Below are positions 1 through 8,938 of a stretch of 63,736 nt of DNA, piece by piece; the first letter of the stretch is position 1; each line of letters starts with the position of its first letter. The stretch is from positions 1 through 63,736 of the IMG/VR virus record IMGVR_UViG_3300020045_009460; one strand, given 5' to 3'. Position numbers and translations under genes: made by a program. The notes below the pieces were generated by a model that was given only the letters and a program-made list of their open reading frames with translations, made no database searches and was not told the origin of the DNA. This DNA is from a virus. Taxonomy: Duplodnaviria > Caudoviricetes.

Positions 1-121
1 AACCGGCAAAGTCACAGAACTGGTTGAGCTGTTCGCTGCTCCGCTGGATAACATCGTGGTTCTGCCTGCGTTACCGACCACTCCAATAGTATCGACACAG
101 CCTTTTAGTTTGCGTGATATT
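1..121. repeat. Terminal overlap identical to 63616-63736 (circular assembly)
   Basis: Exact 121-nt match; an ORF reads through the junction in frame. Confidence 0.97.
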
Positions 122-189
122 ATGAGGGCTACGCGGAACATGGATATAAAAGCAATTGAAGCAGCCGGTGTCATTGTTAGAGAGGAATT

Positions 190-525
190 ATGAAATTAAG
201 CACCGAAGAATTAAGAGAAATGCGTACGCAGTCGGCATTCATGGCCCAAGAATGCTATGTTTCAGCACTTAATGAGCTGATCGCTTTCCGTGAGCGGGAA
301 GTAGATCAGGTGCCGTTTGGTTATGTATTCGAGGGGCGCACAGGCAAGATTGTATTTCAACGTATAAAACCTATTTTAGCGCAAGACCATCAAACCCCGA
401 TTATTGAGCTATTCACCGCTTCGCAAAAGCCAGTTGTGGAATTGCATAGTGGAGCGGTTATGGGCCGTGCTTACGTTGTGCGACAGATTGAAGCCGCAGG
501 TGGTACTGTTAAGGGCGGTGAGTAA
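190..525 (+). CDS. Hypothetical Eaa-like accessory protein
   Basis: GAGGA RBS; ends IEAAGGTV, like the upstream gene (IEAAGVIV). Confidence 0.65.
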   Translation: MKLSTEELREMRTQSAFMAQECYVSALNELIAFREREVDQVPFGYVFEGRTGKIVFQRIKPILAQDHQTPIIELFTASQKPVVELHSGAVMGRAYVVRQIEAAGGTVKGGE

Positions 526-677
526 TGGGTGCTGGATTTATGAGCGGCATAGGAATAGCGCTTATAATAGGCGCTATTCTTTGTGGGGTGATAGGATGGG
601 GCTATTTGGCTACTCATATGGGCATTATCGTTTGTTCACGCAACCTTTGGGCATTAATACGATTAAGGAGAAATTGA
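525..677 (+). CDS. Small membrane protein (possible 1-nt frameshift near 600)
   Basis: Read by hand: MGAGFMSGIGIALIIGAILCGVIGW; TAATG/TGATG coupling to both neighbours. Confidence 0.5.
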   Translation: MGAGFMSGIGIALIIGAILCGVIGWGYLATHMGIIVCSRNLWALIRLRRN

Positions 678-1069
678 TGAGTAATTTTGAGCGCAAACCT
701 GATGGCGGCTTGGCCGAGCAAATTGAATGTTTAGAGGACATAACCGACGGCAATGGCGACGAATACAATACTGAGCTGTTGATGCTTCTTATCGAGTTGC
801 GTTCCCGCCGACTGCTTAAGCCTACTCCGTACTCTTGGGTCGACCGTAATGTCTGCATGCCTTTTGATGTAACCACAGTGTCAAAATTTGATTCTGTAGA
901 TGTGATAGTAACTGACGGTAGTACAGTTGGGACTAGTGAATGTCAGTGCGGAGCCACTAAAGTGCCATGGGTAGCTTTTTCCAGATATGGCGACATCTGC
1001 CCCGACAATATCACTCATTGGATGTACTATCCTAAACTCCCGCATGTGCTGGGAGACACACCCAGCTAA
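677..1069 (+). CDS. DUF551-domain protein
   Basis: AAGGAG RBS before ATG 677; C-terminal ITHWMYYPKLP motif. Confidence 0.7.
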   Translation: MSNFERKPDGGLAEQIECLEDITDGNGDEYNTELLMLLIELRSRRLLKPTPYSWVDRNVCMPFDVTTVSKFDSVDVIVTDGSTVGTSECQCGATKVPWVAFSRYGDICPDNITHWMYYPKLPHVLGDTPS

Positions 1070-1073
1070 ATAC

Positions 1074-1102
1074 TTGACAAAGATGTCAAATTATGTTATC
1101 AT
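1074..1102 (+). promoter_or_regulatory. sigma70 promoter
   Basis: TTGACA-17-TATCAT with TGn; TTGACA-AAGA-TGTCAA palindrome. Confidence 0.75.
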
Positions 1103-1125
1103 GTAGTTCCAACTGGAGAACATTT

Positions 1126-1518
1126 ATGGCTAAACCTATTGAACTTGCACCATCTGAAGGCATCACAATTACTATCGACGATCCGTATTCTTTACTTCGT
1201 CTCATGTCCGATGAGGACCGCATAAACGCTATTGAGGCGTTAAGCTGTTTTGATGCCGTTATTGAGCATGTGACCAACCAAATAATGAGCATCAACGGCT
1301 GCACCGAAGACGGAAGCTCCGGGTCGTCCCTGTGCTCGGTCGAAAAATACGCAGGCGGGGGCACTCCATTGGATAAGGCTCGCTATGCAGTGGCTATCAG
1401 TGCCTCAGACGCAGCTGCTTCTATGATTGCTGTCCAAGCAGATGAAATCACGCGGCTAAAGTGGGAGTTGGATGAATTGAATAAGGCGATTGCACGAGGA
1501 ATGTACCGGCCTGACTAA
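1126..1518 (+). CDS. Hypothetical protein
   Basis: GGAG RBS, follows promoter. Confidence 0.7.
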   Translation: MAKPIELAPSEGITITIDDPYSLLRLMSDEDRINAIEALSCFDAVIEHVTNQIMSINGCTEDGSSGSSLCSVEKYAGGGTPLDKARYAVAISASDAAASMIAVQADEITRLKWELDELNKAIARGMYRPD

Positions 1519-1528
1519 CCTTAAATAC

Positions 1529-1557
1529 TTGACATCAAGCTCCGGCCATGGTATAAT
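1529..1557 (+). promoter_or_regulatory. sigma70 promoter
   Basis: TTGACA-17-TATAAT with TGn. Confidence 0.9.
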
Positions 1558-1608
1558 AGGCTTTATGGATAGGGGAACGGTCCCCAATCATTGACCGGAG
1601 CGATCAAC

Positions 1609-2331
1609 ATGTTAATAGACCTTACCAAAGTCAAAGAACGCATCGCCAAGATGCTAGCTAAAGCCTCGAACAACACCAACGAACATGAAGCCGCTTCCGC
1701 TGCTGTCATGGCCCGCAAACTGATGGACAAATACCAAATTGATGAAATGGACATTGCGTCATCTACCGATGGCCGCATGTTCGGCGCTGATCAATTTGGC
1801 GAATCTAGCTCCGACGACACCTATCGCTACATGCCTCAATGGAAAAACTTTATGTCTGTGGGTGTCGGTAAATTCAACGATTGCCAGACCATCTCCGAAT
1901 GGGAGGGTGAGGCCAAAGGTTTCCGGGTCACTTGGAGAGGATTTAAAGAAGACGCCAAGGTAGCCAAGCAGATGTATGATTATCTATGTGCAGTAGTTGA
2001 TTCATGTACGTCTGCTTACATGCGGTCCCAAGGGTACACAAGATACAATGCCCGCGTAGGTACGGTGTTCAAAGAGGCGATGGCGGGTCGTGTCACTTCA
2101 AGACTTCGAGCAATGGAAGAAGAACGCATGGAGGGGGCTGTTACAGCCACCGGGACATCCCTTGTCGTTTTGAAATCAACCGCTATCGCCGATTATTTTG
2201 GTTCAGTAGAATATGAAAGCTCCAAGAGCAAGAAAAAAGAATTAAAAGACGATGAGATAGCAGCTATTATCGCAGGCCGTGATGCGGGGGATGCTGCAGC
2301 CATAACAGATGTATTGGAGGAACAATCATGA
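1609..2331 (+). CDS. DUF2786-domain protein
   Basis: RIAKMLAKASNNTNEHEAASAAVMARKLMDKYQI is the DUF2786 pattern. Confidence 0.8.
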   Translation: MLIDLTKVKERIAKMLAKASNNTNEHEAASAAVMARKLMDKYQIDEMDIASSTDGRMFGADQFGESSSDDTYRYMPQWKNFMSVGVGKFNDCQTISEWEGEAKGFRVTWRGFKEDAKVAKQMYDYLCAVVDSCTSAYMRSQGYTRYNARVGTVFKEAMAGRVTSRLRAMEEERMEGAVTATGTSLVVLKSTAIADYFGSVEYESSKSKKKELKDDEIAAIIAGRDAGDAAAITDVLEEQS

Positions 2332-2885
2332 TCCATAATTTGAAAATAGCACCCGTTCATTTTCGTGATGTCATATCAGGCATTAAAACAGCCGAATTTA
2401 GGCTGAACGACCGGGATTTCCATGTGGATGATATCCTCGATTTGAAGGAATATGAGAACGGCCTGTATACTGGCAATTCTATTATTCGCAGAGTGGTTCA
2501 CGTCTGCGATGTCGGTTTCGCGGCTCCCGGATATGTTATGTTAAGCATTGAAACATGTACATATATGTGGTTAAATGCTCATGAAGTGCCCACGGCGTTT
2601 GGTGTTAAATTCAAAGCACCTCCAAAGGGTAGTAAAGAGCTTGATGAGTTTTACGATTTAGTGTTTGGCTCAAGAACCTTCGATGCTTCGTGGGCCGGGC
2701 GTGTAGGCCACTATCTATACGGGGATGATCATCAAATAGCCGACAATCAGGACGGTTACGTATATCTTTGGCCAAGACTTTGGAATGCTCATATCCAATC
2801 AGGTCGTGGTGTTCGATGGATTATGTCTGCTGACTATTCCATCGCGAGCAGCATGTCATGCAAGTATGTGGAGATTAATATATGA
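2328..2885 (+). CDS. ASCH/DUF3850 (PUA-like) domain protein
   Basis: HNLKIAPVHFRDVISGIKTAEFRLNDRDFHVDD. Confidence 0.85.
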   Translation: MIHNLKIAPVHFRDVISGIKTAEFRLNDRDFHVDDILDLKEYENGLYTGNSIIRRVVHVCDVGFAAPGYVMLSIETCTYMWLNAHEVPTAFGVKFKAPPKGSKELDEFYDLVFGSRTFDASWAGRVGHYLYGDDHQIADNQDGYVYLWPRLWNAHIQSGRGVRWIMSADYSIASSMSCKYVEINI

Positions 2886-3121
2886 AAAAATTAGTGACTG
2901 GTCAGCGGGTTCTCACGCCCGAAGGCGTTGTTATAATGGATTTAGTACTGCGCCGAGATAAGGCGTCCAAGCTAAGTCCATTATGTCCCAAATGTGGCAC
3001 CGAACAGGTGCAGTTGCTGGGATGGGCGCAATGGCCAGTACTTTTTCGTTGTCGGCATTGCAAACATATGTTTAATGTGTCCGAAGATGGGACCAGATCT
3101 AACATCGGCGAATTTATTTAA
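2882..3121 (+). CDS. Zn-ribbon protein
   Basis: CPKC...CRHC. Confidence 0.65.
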   Translation: MKKLVTGQRVLTPEGVVIMDLVLRRDKASKLSPLCPKCGTEQVQLLGWAQWPVLFRCRHCKHMFNVSEDGTRSNIGEFI

Positions 3122-3125
3122 ATGA

Positions 3126-3154
3126 TTGACAAGTGGTCCGAAACATGCTATAAT
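3126..3154 (+). promoter_or_regulatory. sigma70 promoter with -10 in a hairpin loop
   Basis: TTGACA-17-TATAAT; 12-bp inverted repeat 3134-3145/3157-3168. Confidence 0.9.
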
Positions 3155-3185
3155 GGTGTTTCGGACCATTCATATTGAGGTTATC

Positions 3186-3557
3186 ATGAATCACAAAGAA
3201 TTTTTGCAGGCAGTACGCGCGTCAACTTTGGCTAACCGCGATGCAGTGTTCAATTTAAAGGCTACTAATAAGAGTCTTTACGGCGGTAACTATGTTGTAG
3301 TTGGTAATTCAACTCTCATGCGCGTTGCTGAACACAACGCCGGTATCATCAGTCACAAGCTAGTGCCTGCAGCACTCGCTAATTTCTCGGTGTTTCAATC
3401 AAAAGAGGCCGCAGAGCATTTCGCCAAAATGTGCCCTACTCATTGTCAAGCTATGCGTGTTATCGCTGGTCTCAACGTGTATAATGATATGCTAAATACG
3501 TTAATTAGCGAATGTGATCGCCAGCTAGAAGAAATGGGAGACGATGATGGGGAATGA
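3186..3557 (+). CDS. Hypothetical protein
   Basis: GAGG RBS after promoter. Confidence 0.7.
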   Translation: MNHKEFLQAVRASTLANRDAVFNLKATNKSLYGGNYVVVGNSTLMRVAEHNAGIISHKLVPAALANFSVFQSKEAAEHFAKMCPTHCQAMRVIAGLNVYNDMLNTLISECDRQLEEMGDDDGE

Positions 3558-3765
3558 AACCACTATCGGGATGCTCAGGAATTTGATGGGGCACATTGAA
3601 AACGGAACTGATGTAGTAATTACATTAAGCCAAGATGACGCCACTGGAGTATATGTGGTTCGTTGTTCCATTCATGGTAAAACTTTATGGACGGAGTACG
3701 CCGATAAATTCGACAAAGCGATTGAGGTAGCATACGCTGCTCACGGAGTGAATTATGGCGATTAA
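3544..3765 (+). CDS. Hypothetical protein
   Basis: GGAG RBS, overlapping operon arrangement. Confidence 0.65.
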   Translation: MMGNETTIGMLRNLMGHIENGTDVVITLSQDDATGVYVVRCSIHGKTLWTEYADKFDKAIEVAYAAHGVNYGD

Positions 3766-4180
3766 AGCGTCTAAAATAACTGTTGAGGTCAGAGTTCCAC
3801 ATGTTGTGGATATGTACCGGCCAAATATTAAGTATATCATAATCAGCATCGCTCATAGCATGCCTGAAGATTCCTACATCAAAATGTGGGGTCCCAACTG
3901 CTGTGGGTATCGCGGTCGTATCGAAACAGCGGGCCGCTATAGCGCCCGTACCGTCAACGAAGCTCTTCATTACTACAACGACGGCGTAAACACCATTGCG
4001 GTGCCTGAAATAGACGTTAAAAGCTTGGTAGTGCCTGCTGACCTCCATTTTTTCGACGAGGATGGCATAGGCCCCGGTCACTGGCTTAAAAACGACAAAA
4101 ATACATGGTGCTCCCTTCTGCAAAACGCGGCTTCCATTAACAGAAACATTGAAGAACTTTATTTCTACCATTCGAGGTAA
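3755..4180 (+). CDS. Hypothetical protein
   Basis: GGAG RBS; MWGPNCCGY...AGRY motif. Confidence 0.65.
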   Translation: MAIKASKITVEVRVPHVVDMYRPNIKYIIISIAHSMPEDSYIKMWGPNCCGYRGRIETAGRYSARTVNEALHYYNDGVNTIAVPEIDVKSLVVPADLHFFDEDGIGPGHWLKNDKNTWCSLLQNAASINRNIEELYFYHSR

Positions 4181-4182
4181 CT

Positions 4183-4938
4183 ATGGCTTTGCTAAAACTC
4201 ACTTCGGCTCACATAAGGGCCGCTCTACGTACTCGTTACATGCAGCCCGAATGGGCGCTGTTTTTTGAAGTGGCTGACGGTACTGGTGCAGCCCAGCGCC
4301 GGTGGGCGGATGCCTTGGCTATGAATATGTACCCGAGCCGAGGACTTGCTGTCCACGGCTTTGAAATAAAGGTGTCTCGTAGCGACCTCAAAAAAGAATT
4401 GGCCTGCCCTGATAAAGCGGAGAGCGTGGCCCAGTATTGTGATTATTGGTGGCTCGTAACCCCCTATGGCCTTGTTGAGGATCCTAGCACCCTTCCCGAT
4501 ACTTGGGGCCTGCTTGAAGTGGACGAAAAAGGTAAAGTGTCTATAGTATTGCCTGCCGACAAAACCCCGTCTGTTCCTATGGGTAAGCCTTTTGTGGCAT
4601 CCCTTCTACGGTCTGCAGCCAAGGTAGATGAGAAAGCCAATTCGGAACTTATTCACAAGGCTATAGAAAAAGAGCGGGCAAACATCGACAGCAACTTAAA
4701 GAACCAAATAGCCAGAATGCGCGAAAGCCAATGCGACGCTTTGGACACATTGGTTAAAATAAAAGAGGCTACAGGCATCGACTTAACATCATATAAGTGG
4801 AACGTCGATAAGTTTGCCAGAGTCCTTAAAATAACGGAGTCAGGGGCTTTAGACTCTTGGCAAGGTATTGATGCCATAGAAACAAGTCTAAAAGGCTCAT
4901 TGGATTTGGTGCAAAAGATGTGCGCAGCCTTTAAGTAA
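4183..4938 (+). CDS. MmcB-like PD-(D/E)xK nuclease
   Basis: FEV...RWADAL...GFEIKVSRSDL...YCDYWWLV. Confidence 0.75.
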   Translation: MALLKLTSAHIRAALRTRYMQPEWALFFEVADGTGAAQRRWADALAMNMYPSRGLAVHGFEIKVSRSDLKKELACPDKAESVAQYCDYWWLVTPYGLVEDPSTLPDTWGLLEVDEKGKVSIVLPADKTPSVPMGKPFVASLLRSAAKVDEKANSELIHKAIEKERANIDSNLKNQIARMRESQCDALDTLVKIKEATGIDLTSYKWNVDKFARVLKITESGALDSWQGIDAIETSLKGSLDLVQKMCAAFK

Positions 4939-4967
4939 TTGCGCTCTGTCCGTTATTGTGTTATAAT
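4939..4967 (+). promoter_or_regulatory. sigma70 promoter
   Basis: TTGCGC-17-TATAAT with TGTGn. Confidence 0.75.
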
Positions 4968-5027
4968 GATTTTGCGTAATGGGTAGTCCATCGCCGGATG
5001 GGTGGCCGAACCACCCGAGAAACTGAA

Positions 5028-5291
5028 ATGCAGATGACTCGTAGGCAGTGGATGATTTGGCGATATATTGATGCGCAAGCACGCCGCCAAGCCAACTTCG
5101 GGATGGACCGCCCAGAAGAAGTATCAATCGTAGCTGAATGTGATAGTGACATCAAAATGATGACATCGCTCGGCGTGATTGAGCAAGTGTCACAATCCCA
5201 GACTAAAATCACGGTGCGATTCACTCCGCTAGGGAAAAAACCTCATGGAGTATATAGAAAGCGTAGTGTCATCAATAATCCCGAAATCTGA
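5028..5291 (+). CDS. Hypothetical protein
   Basis: ORF directly after promoter. Confidence 0.55.
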   Translation: MQMTRRQWMIWRYIDAQARRQANFGMDRPEEVSIVAECDSDIKMMTSLGVIEQVSQSQTKITVRFTPLGKKPHGVYRKRSVINNPEI

Positions 5292-5403
5292 ATTGTTTGA
5301 GCTTATGGACTGGGCTGTAAGAGGTTCATTGCTCGGTGTTCCTCCTTGTTTAGTGGTTGCGGCGGCGCTGATTGTCATAGGGCTGCTGCTTCCTGAAGAT
5401 TGA
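5245..5403 (+). CDS. Small membrane protein
   Basis: Read by hand; hydrophobic C-terminus LVVAAALIVIGLLL. Confidence 0.4.
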   Translation: MEYIESVVSSIIPKSELFELMDWAVRGSLLGVPPCLVVAAALIVIGLLLPED

Positions 5404-5416
5404 TCGGAGATATAAA

Positions 5417-5983
5417 ATGTTAATCAGCAATTCTAAATTCAATGAATTAAACGTTGATGATGTCACTAATTACATCAACTCCCTTTTACGTATGACGGCG
5501 GTAGGGATCATGACCGACAAAGAAGCTTATGATTTATCGGTGCTTGCGTTGGGCAAATACATGGGAATACCCGATATCAGTAGCGTGAGTATTTCCGACC
5601 TGCGCAAATCTGTTGAACTCCCTGATTATAATTATTCAGTGGGGGATAGGCCGAACTGTCGCTGTTCTACATCCCGACTTTTAGTGCCTCTTATTGAAGA
5701 GGTCGCCCGAATGGTCCACTTCAGCCACCATTATGTCGCTCAAGATGGCGTTGACGGCGCTATTCGGTCGTTCAGTGAAATGCCTACGCGTAACCGCCCC
5801 CGTGGCGTGTGGCGTCTCGATAATAAAGAGGCCGATTCTAAAGTAATTTTCCCTAGCGCTATGCGAGATGCCTTAGGCCCGTGGGCGCATAGCTTGCACG
5901 AGGTGGTGGTAGTTAACACTGCCCCACGGTCGATAAAGCTTATTTTGGTTCCTCACGAACAGCAGATTGACAGCCCCGTTTAA
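5417..5983 (+). CDS. Hypothetical protein
   Basis: GGAG RBS; contains RPNCRC. Confidence 0.65.
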   Translation: MLISNSKFNELNVDDVTNYINSLLRMTAVGIMTDKEAYDLSVLALGKYMGIPDISSVSISDLRKSVELPDYNYSVGDRPNCRCSTSRLLVPLIEEVARMVHFSHHYVAQDGVDGAIRSFSEMPTRNRPRGVWRLDNKEADSKVIFPSAMRDALGPWAHSLHEVVVVNTAPRSIKLILVPHEQQIDSPV

Positions 5984-5995
5984 TTGTGTTAAAAT
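5967..5995 (+). promoter_or_regulatory. sigma70 promoter
   Basis: TTGACA-17-TAAAAT with TGTGn. Confidence 0.8.
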
Positions 5996-6021
5996 GCTAT
6001 TTCCATAATCCGGAGGTTAAC

Positions 6022-6297
6022 ATGATCAAGAAAATAGCTTCTAGTATTAAAAATTTTTTAAGCTCACCTGTCAAGCGATATATCCCCGGAGCGCCAAGGG
6101 TGGGCGTTAACGTAGCTGAAGATGTGGCGGATGTATACCCTGTCAAAGTTCGTATCATCTGCCAGCCGTGTCAGGTGTCTATGCCATATGACCGGGACGC
6201 CGCCATGCCTAATTATTATATCCACAAGTGCCCGAAATGTGGTCGCGAGCACAGCTCTATGAACAAATACCCATTTATTAAATATGAGGAGTTTTGA
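6022..6297 (+). CDS. Zn-ribbon protein
   Basis: GGAGG RBS; CQPC...HKCPKC. Confidence 0.65.
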   Translation: MIKKIASSIKNFLSSPVKRYIPGAPRVGVNVAEDVADVYPVKVRIICQPCQVSMPYDRDAAMPNYYIHKCPKCGREHSSMNKYPFIKYEEF

Positions 6298-6588
6298 ATG
6301 GAAATTAAACGTTCCAAGGAAAGTGAGTTAGACTGTGACCATTTGCCTAAGTATGTCATCGCCAAAATCAACAAAGAACGTGGGATTATTGATTTTGGTA
6401 AACGTTTTTATGTCGAGGGCGATGACATCGTGCCCGAATCATGGCACATCATGCTATTCTCAACCCCGGAAGAGGCAAATGGTGCGCTTATCTCTGGCGG
6501 GTTTGAAGAGTTAATGTTTAGTGTACGGCACCTCGACGAACTGCATTTAGAGTTCGCTAAATTCATCACGTCAGGGGAATCGAAATGA
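6298..6588 (+). CDS. Hypothetical protein
   Basis: GAGGAG RBS. Confidence 0.65.
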   Translation: MEIKRSKESELDCDHLPKYVIAKINKERGIIDFGKRFYVEGDDIVPESWHIMLFSTPEEANGALISGGFEELMFSVRHLDELHLEFAKFITSGESK

Positions 6589-6941
6589 CCAAAAAAGAAA
6601 TGCCTATGTACCAGTGCCATAAAAAAGTATGGGCGCTGCAGGTAAAAGCAATTACTTTGCAATTTAAACGTGTTGATAATGATGTCGGTTGCCTGCCTGA
6701 CGGCGCTATCATCAGTCCGGTTGAAAGTGACTATGTGCCATTTTACATCAGTCAGGACTGGATGAGCAAGCACGACGTTCAGGTAGGCGGCTATATCGTT
6801 ACTTATGATAGTGGCTACGTGTCCTATTCCCCTAAGCATAAATTTGAGCGCGGCTATGCTCTGATACAAAGCCCGGAGAGTGAGGGCGAAAAGAAATACG
6901 TCAATCATGGTATTAGCGCCGCATGTATAGGGCATGATTAG
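6585..6941 (+). CDS. Conserved phage protein (YQCHKKVWAL...GGYIVTYDSGYVSYSP..FE.GY)
   Basis: Motif recognised from other phage genomes; function unknown. Confidence 0.7.
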   Translation: MTKKEMPMYQCHKKVWALQVKAITLQFKRVDNDVGCLPDGAIISPVESDYVPFYISQDWMSKHDVQVGGYIVTYDSGYVSYSPKHKFERGYALIQSPESEGEKKYVNHGISAACIGHD

Positions 6942-6944
6942 TAC

Positions 6945-6973
6945 TTGACAGAGCCACAAGGATGTGGTATGAT
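6945..6973 (+). promoter_or_regulatory. sigma70 promoter
   Basis: TTGACA-17-TATGAT; spacer palindrome CCACA-AGGA-TGTGG. Confidence 0.85.
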
Positions 6974-7003
6974 GTTCCTTTTGTGAAACGTCGGAGAGAG
7001 TAA

Positions 7004-7678
7004 ATGAGTCATTTTGATATCACACGTTTTATTAAGTATGTAGTTCGCCAAGAAGTAGATGGCAACGAAGCTGTTTATGGATATGAAGTCCCCGATCGAA
7101 CTATCGTTCCTGCGGGCAGCGTCATTCCTGATAATACCGTGTTCGGTAAAGAATGCGTGTTCATGGATGGGGTGATATTCGGTAGCAGCTGTTCATTCGG
7201 TGAACACTGCTCATTCGGGGCCAGATGTCGCATAGGTGGTAACGCTATTTTTACCGCTGGGTGTCACATAGGGTTTAAAAGCGTCATCGGGGGATATTCT
7301 ACCTTTGATGACGTTATTATTGCTGACTACGTGTTTATCGGGGCATCTTGTAGATTTAACGGCCACTCTGTTTTGGGTCAGCGTTGCGTTGTAAGTGACT
7401 ACGCAGTATTCAACAGAACGTTTGTGGGGCACCACACCTCTATCGGTGTCGAAGCCATTTTTGATGGCGGTTCTGTTTTGGGGAACCGCTGTTATATCGG
7501 CTCGAGAGCGCTTTTCCGTGATCGAGTTCGAGTGGGGCAAGATTCTGTTGTGGATGTTATGGCCACTTTCCATGTCCCAGCGCATCTGGAAACAGGTGTT
7601 ACTATTGAGGATGGCTGGAAAGGCCACGCCCCAGTGGTTCAAAGCAGATGTATTATCGGTTGCAGAGGTGATGAATGA
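7004..7678 (+). CDS. Hexapeptide-repeat (left-handed beta-helix) protein 1
   Basis: Periodic [FIV]Gxxxx repeats (VFGKEC, IFGSSC, SFGEHC...). Confidence 0.8.
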   Translation: MSHFDITRFIKYVVRQEVDGNEAVYGYEVPDRTIVPAGSVIPDNTVFGKECVFMDGVIFGSSCSFGEHCSFGARCRIGGNAIFTAGCHIGFKSVIGGYSTFDDVIIADYVFIGASCRFNGHSVLGQRCVVSDYAVFNRTFVGHHTSIGVEAIFDGGSVLGNRCYIGSRALFRDRVRVGQDSVVDVMATFHVPAHLETGVTIEDGWKGHAPVVQSRCIIGCRGDE

Positions 7679-7953
7679 ATAACGATGTTTTGCTTCCTAC
7701 TGGTGGCATACAAGCTGTTGGTAAACATATCGAACGTGTTTCTGTTGGACGTACCTCCGATGGTGAACAGCCTCGTAAAGGCCCTAATAGTTTCTATAAA
7801 GGCCGCAGCAAAAAGGTGCTTATTAAATTGTTCATGGAAAAGGGCCACAGCAAAGAGCGTTCGCGCCAGCTGGCTAAAGTGTGGTTAGGTCTCAAAGACA
7901 GCGAGCGCGAAGAGATCATGGCCAGCCAGACCTCAGCAGTCCTCCGTAGCTAA
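7675..7953 (+). CDS. Basic hypothetical protein
   Basis: GAGG RBS, ATGA overlap. Confidence 0.6.
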   Translation: MNNDVLLPTGGIQAVGKHIERVSVGRTSDGEQPRKGPNSFYKGRSKKVLIKLFMEKGHSKERSRQLAKVWLGLKDSEREEIMASQTSAVLRS

Positions 7954-8098
7954 CACCAATCCCAGCACCGCCCCGGAGATAGCAAACGAGCTTTCTCCGG
8001 CTTTTCCAGTTCGCTCCCCGACACCACCCCGCCACAAATATACCGCCAATCTGCACGCACTCTCTCCGTGTCTCGTGTTTATTTACGCTGATAATATA

Positions 8099-8127
8099 TT
8101 GACAACAGTTTGTAAATGTGATATAAT
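8099..8127 (+). promoter_or_regulatory. sigma70 promoter
   Basis: TTGACA-17-TATAAT with TGTGn. Confidence 0.9.
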
Positions 8128-8160
8128 AATTACATCAAATAGGCACATGAGGAACTGCAA

Positions 8161-8337
8161 ATGATTATCGACCTGACTCCCAGCCAGCTTCTGGTGGTTG
8201 AAATGGCGTTGACCGATTTCCGCAATGAACTTTTTCTGCAGCGCATGTGCGTCCACAGTGATGACGCTGCTGCAGAATTGAATTCCCAAAACAATGACGT
8301 ATGTCAAGTATTATCTAAAATTTCCGAGGGGAAATAA
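8161..8337 (+). CDS. Hypothetical 58-aa protein
   Basis: Read by hand; GAGGA RBS; abuts next ATG. Confidence 0.6.
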   Translation: MIIDLTPSQLLVVEMALTDFRNELFLQRMCVHSDDAAAELNSQNNDVCQVLSKISEGK

Positions 8338-8832
8338 ATGTTTGAGAAAAATTTACGGGGAGGTTATGTAGTCCCCCCATCCACCATGGTCCCGGAAAAT
8401 ACCATTTTTCCTAATTATTCCGAAGTGGGTCACCATTGCCACATTGGAAACGGTTGTAAATTCGGGGATGGGGTATCCTTTGGGCACCATTCATTGGTAG
8501 GCACCAACTGCACCGTAGGAAACCGAGCAAAGATCCAAAATGATGTGTCGTTCGGAGCCGGTTGCTATTTCGGGCATCACACCTATGCTTTACGGGGTGT
8601 GATATTTAATAACGGCACATCATTCGGCAGCGAATGCACGTTCGGGGATAGATGTTCGTTCATGGGGAGCCATATTCGCGTCGGCGATCAGTCTTGGTTC
8701 GGTGACAGGCCTACATTTACACGGCCCACAATAGTTGGGATAGGTTCTATGTTTTTATCAGGCAGACCAGAACTAGCAGTAGACCCGCACCAAGATATAA
8801 TCAGGCGCGAGAAAGAGTCCCATCGGGCATAA
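8338..8832 (+). CDS. Hexapeptide-repeat (left-handed beta-helix) protein 2
   Basis: HIGNGC KFGDGV SFGHHS LVGTNC repeats; paralogue of 7004-7678. Confidence 0.8.
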   Translation: MFEKNLRGGYVVPPSTMVPENTIFPNYSEVGHHCHIGNGCKFGDGVSFGHHSLVGTNCTVGNRAKIQNDVSFGAGCYFGHHTYALRGVIFNNGTSFGSECTFGDRCSFMGSHIRVGDQSWFGDRPTFTRPTIVGIGSMFLSGRPELAVDPHQDIIRREKESHRA

Positions 8833-8938
8833 ACGCAAATCGGGGGGCGACAATAGCCCCCGAACATCGAGAGAGCTTTTTCTTGCTTTTCTCCTTGCGA
8901 GGGGACAAACCAGAGACAGTGAAACCGGAGATAGTAAA

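Noticed and set aside
5417-5983. Second MuF-like head protein, suggested by RPNCRC
   Set aside because: Only six residues match; no other gpF motifs
7954-8098. C-rich non-coding tract as a separate element
   Set aside because: A terminator-like hairpin plus the UP region of the next promoter explain most of it; no repeat or second copy found
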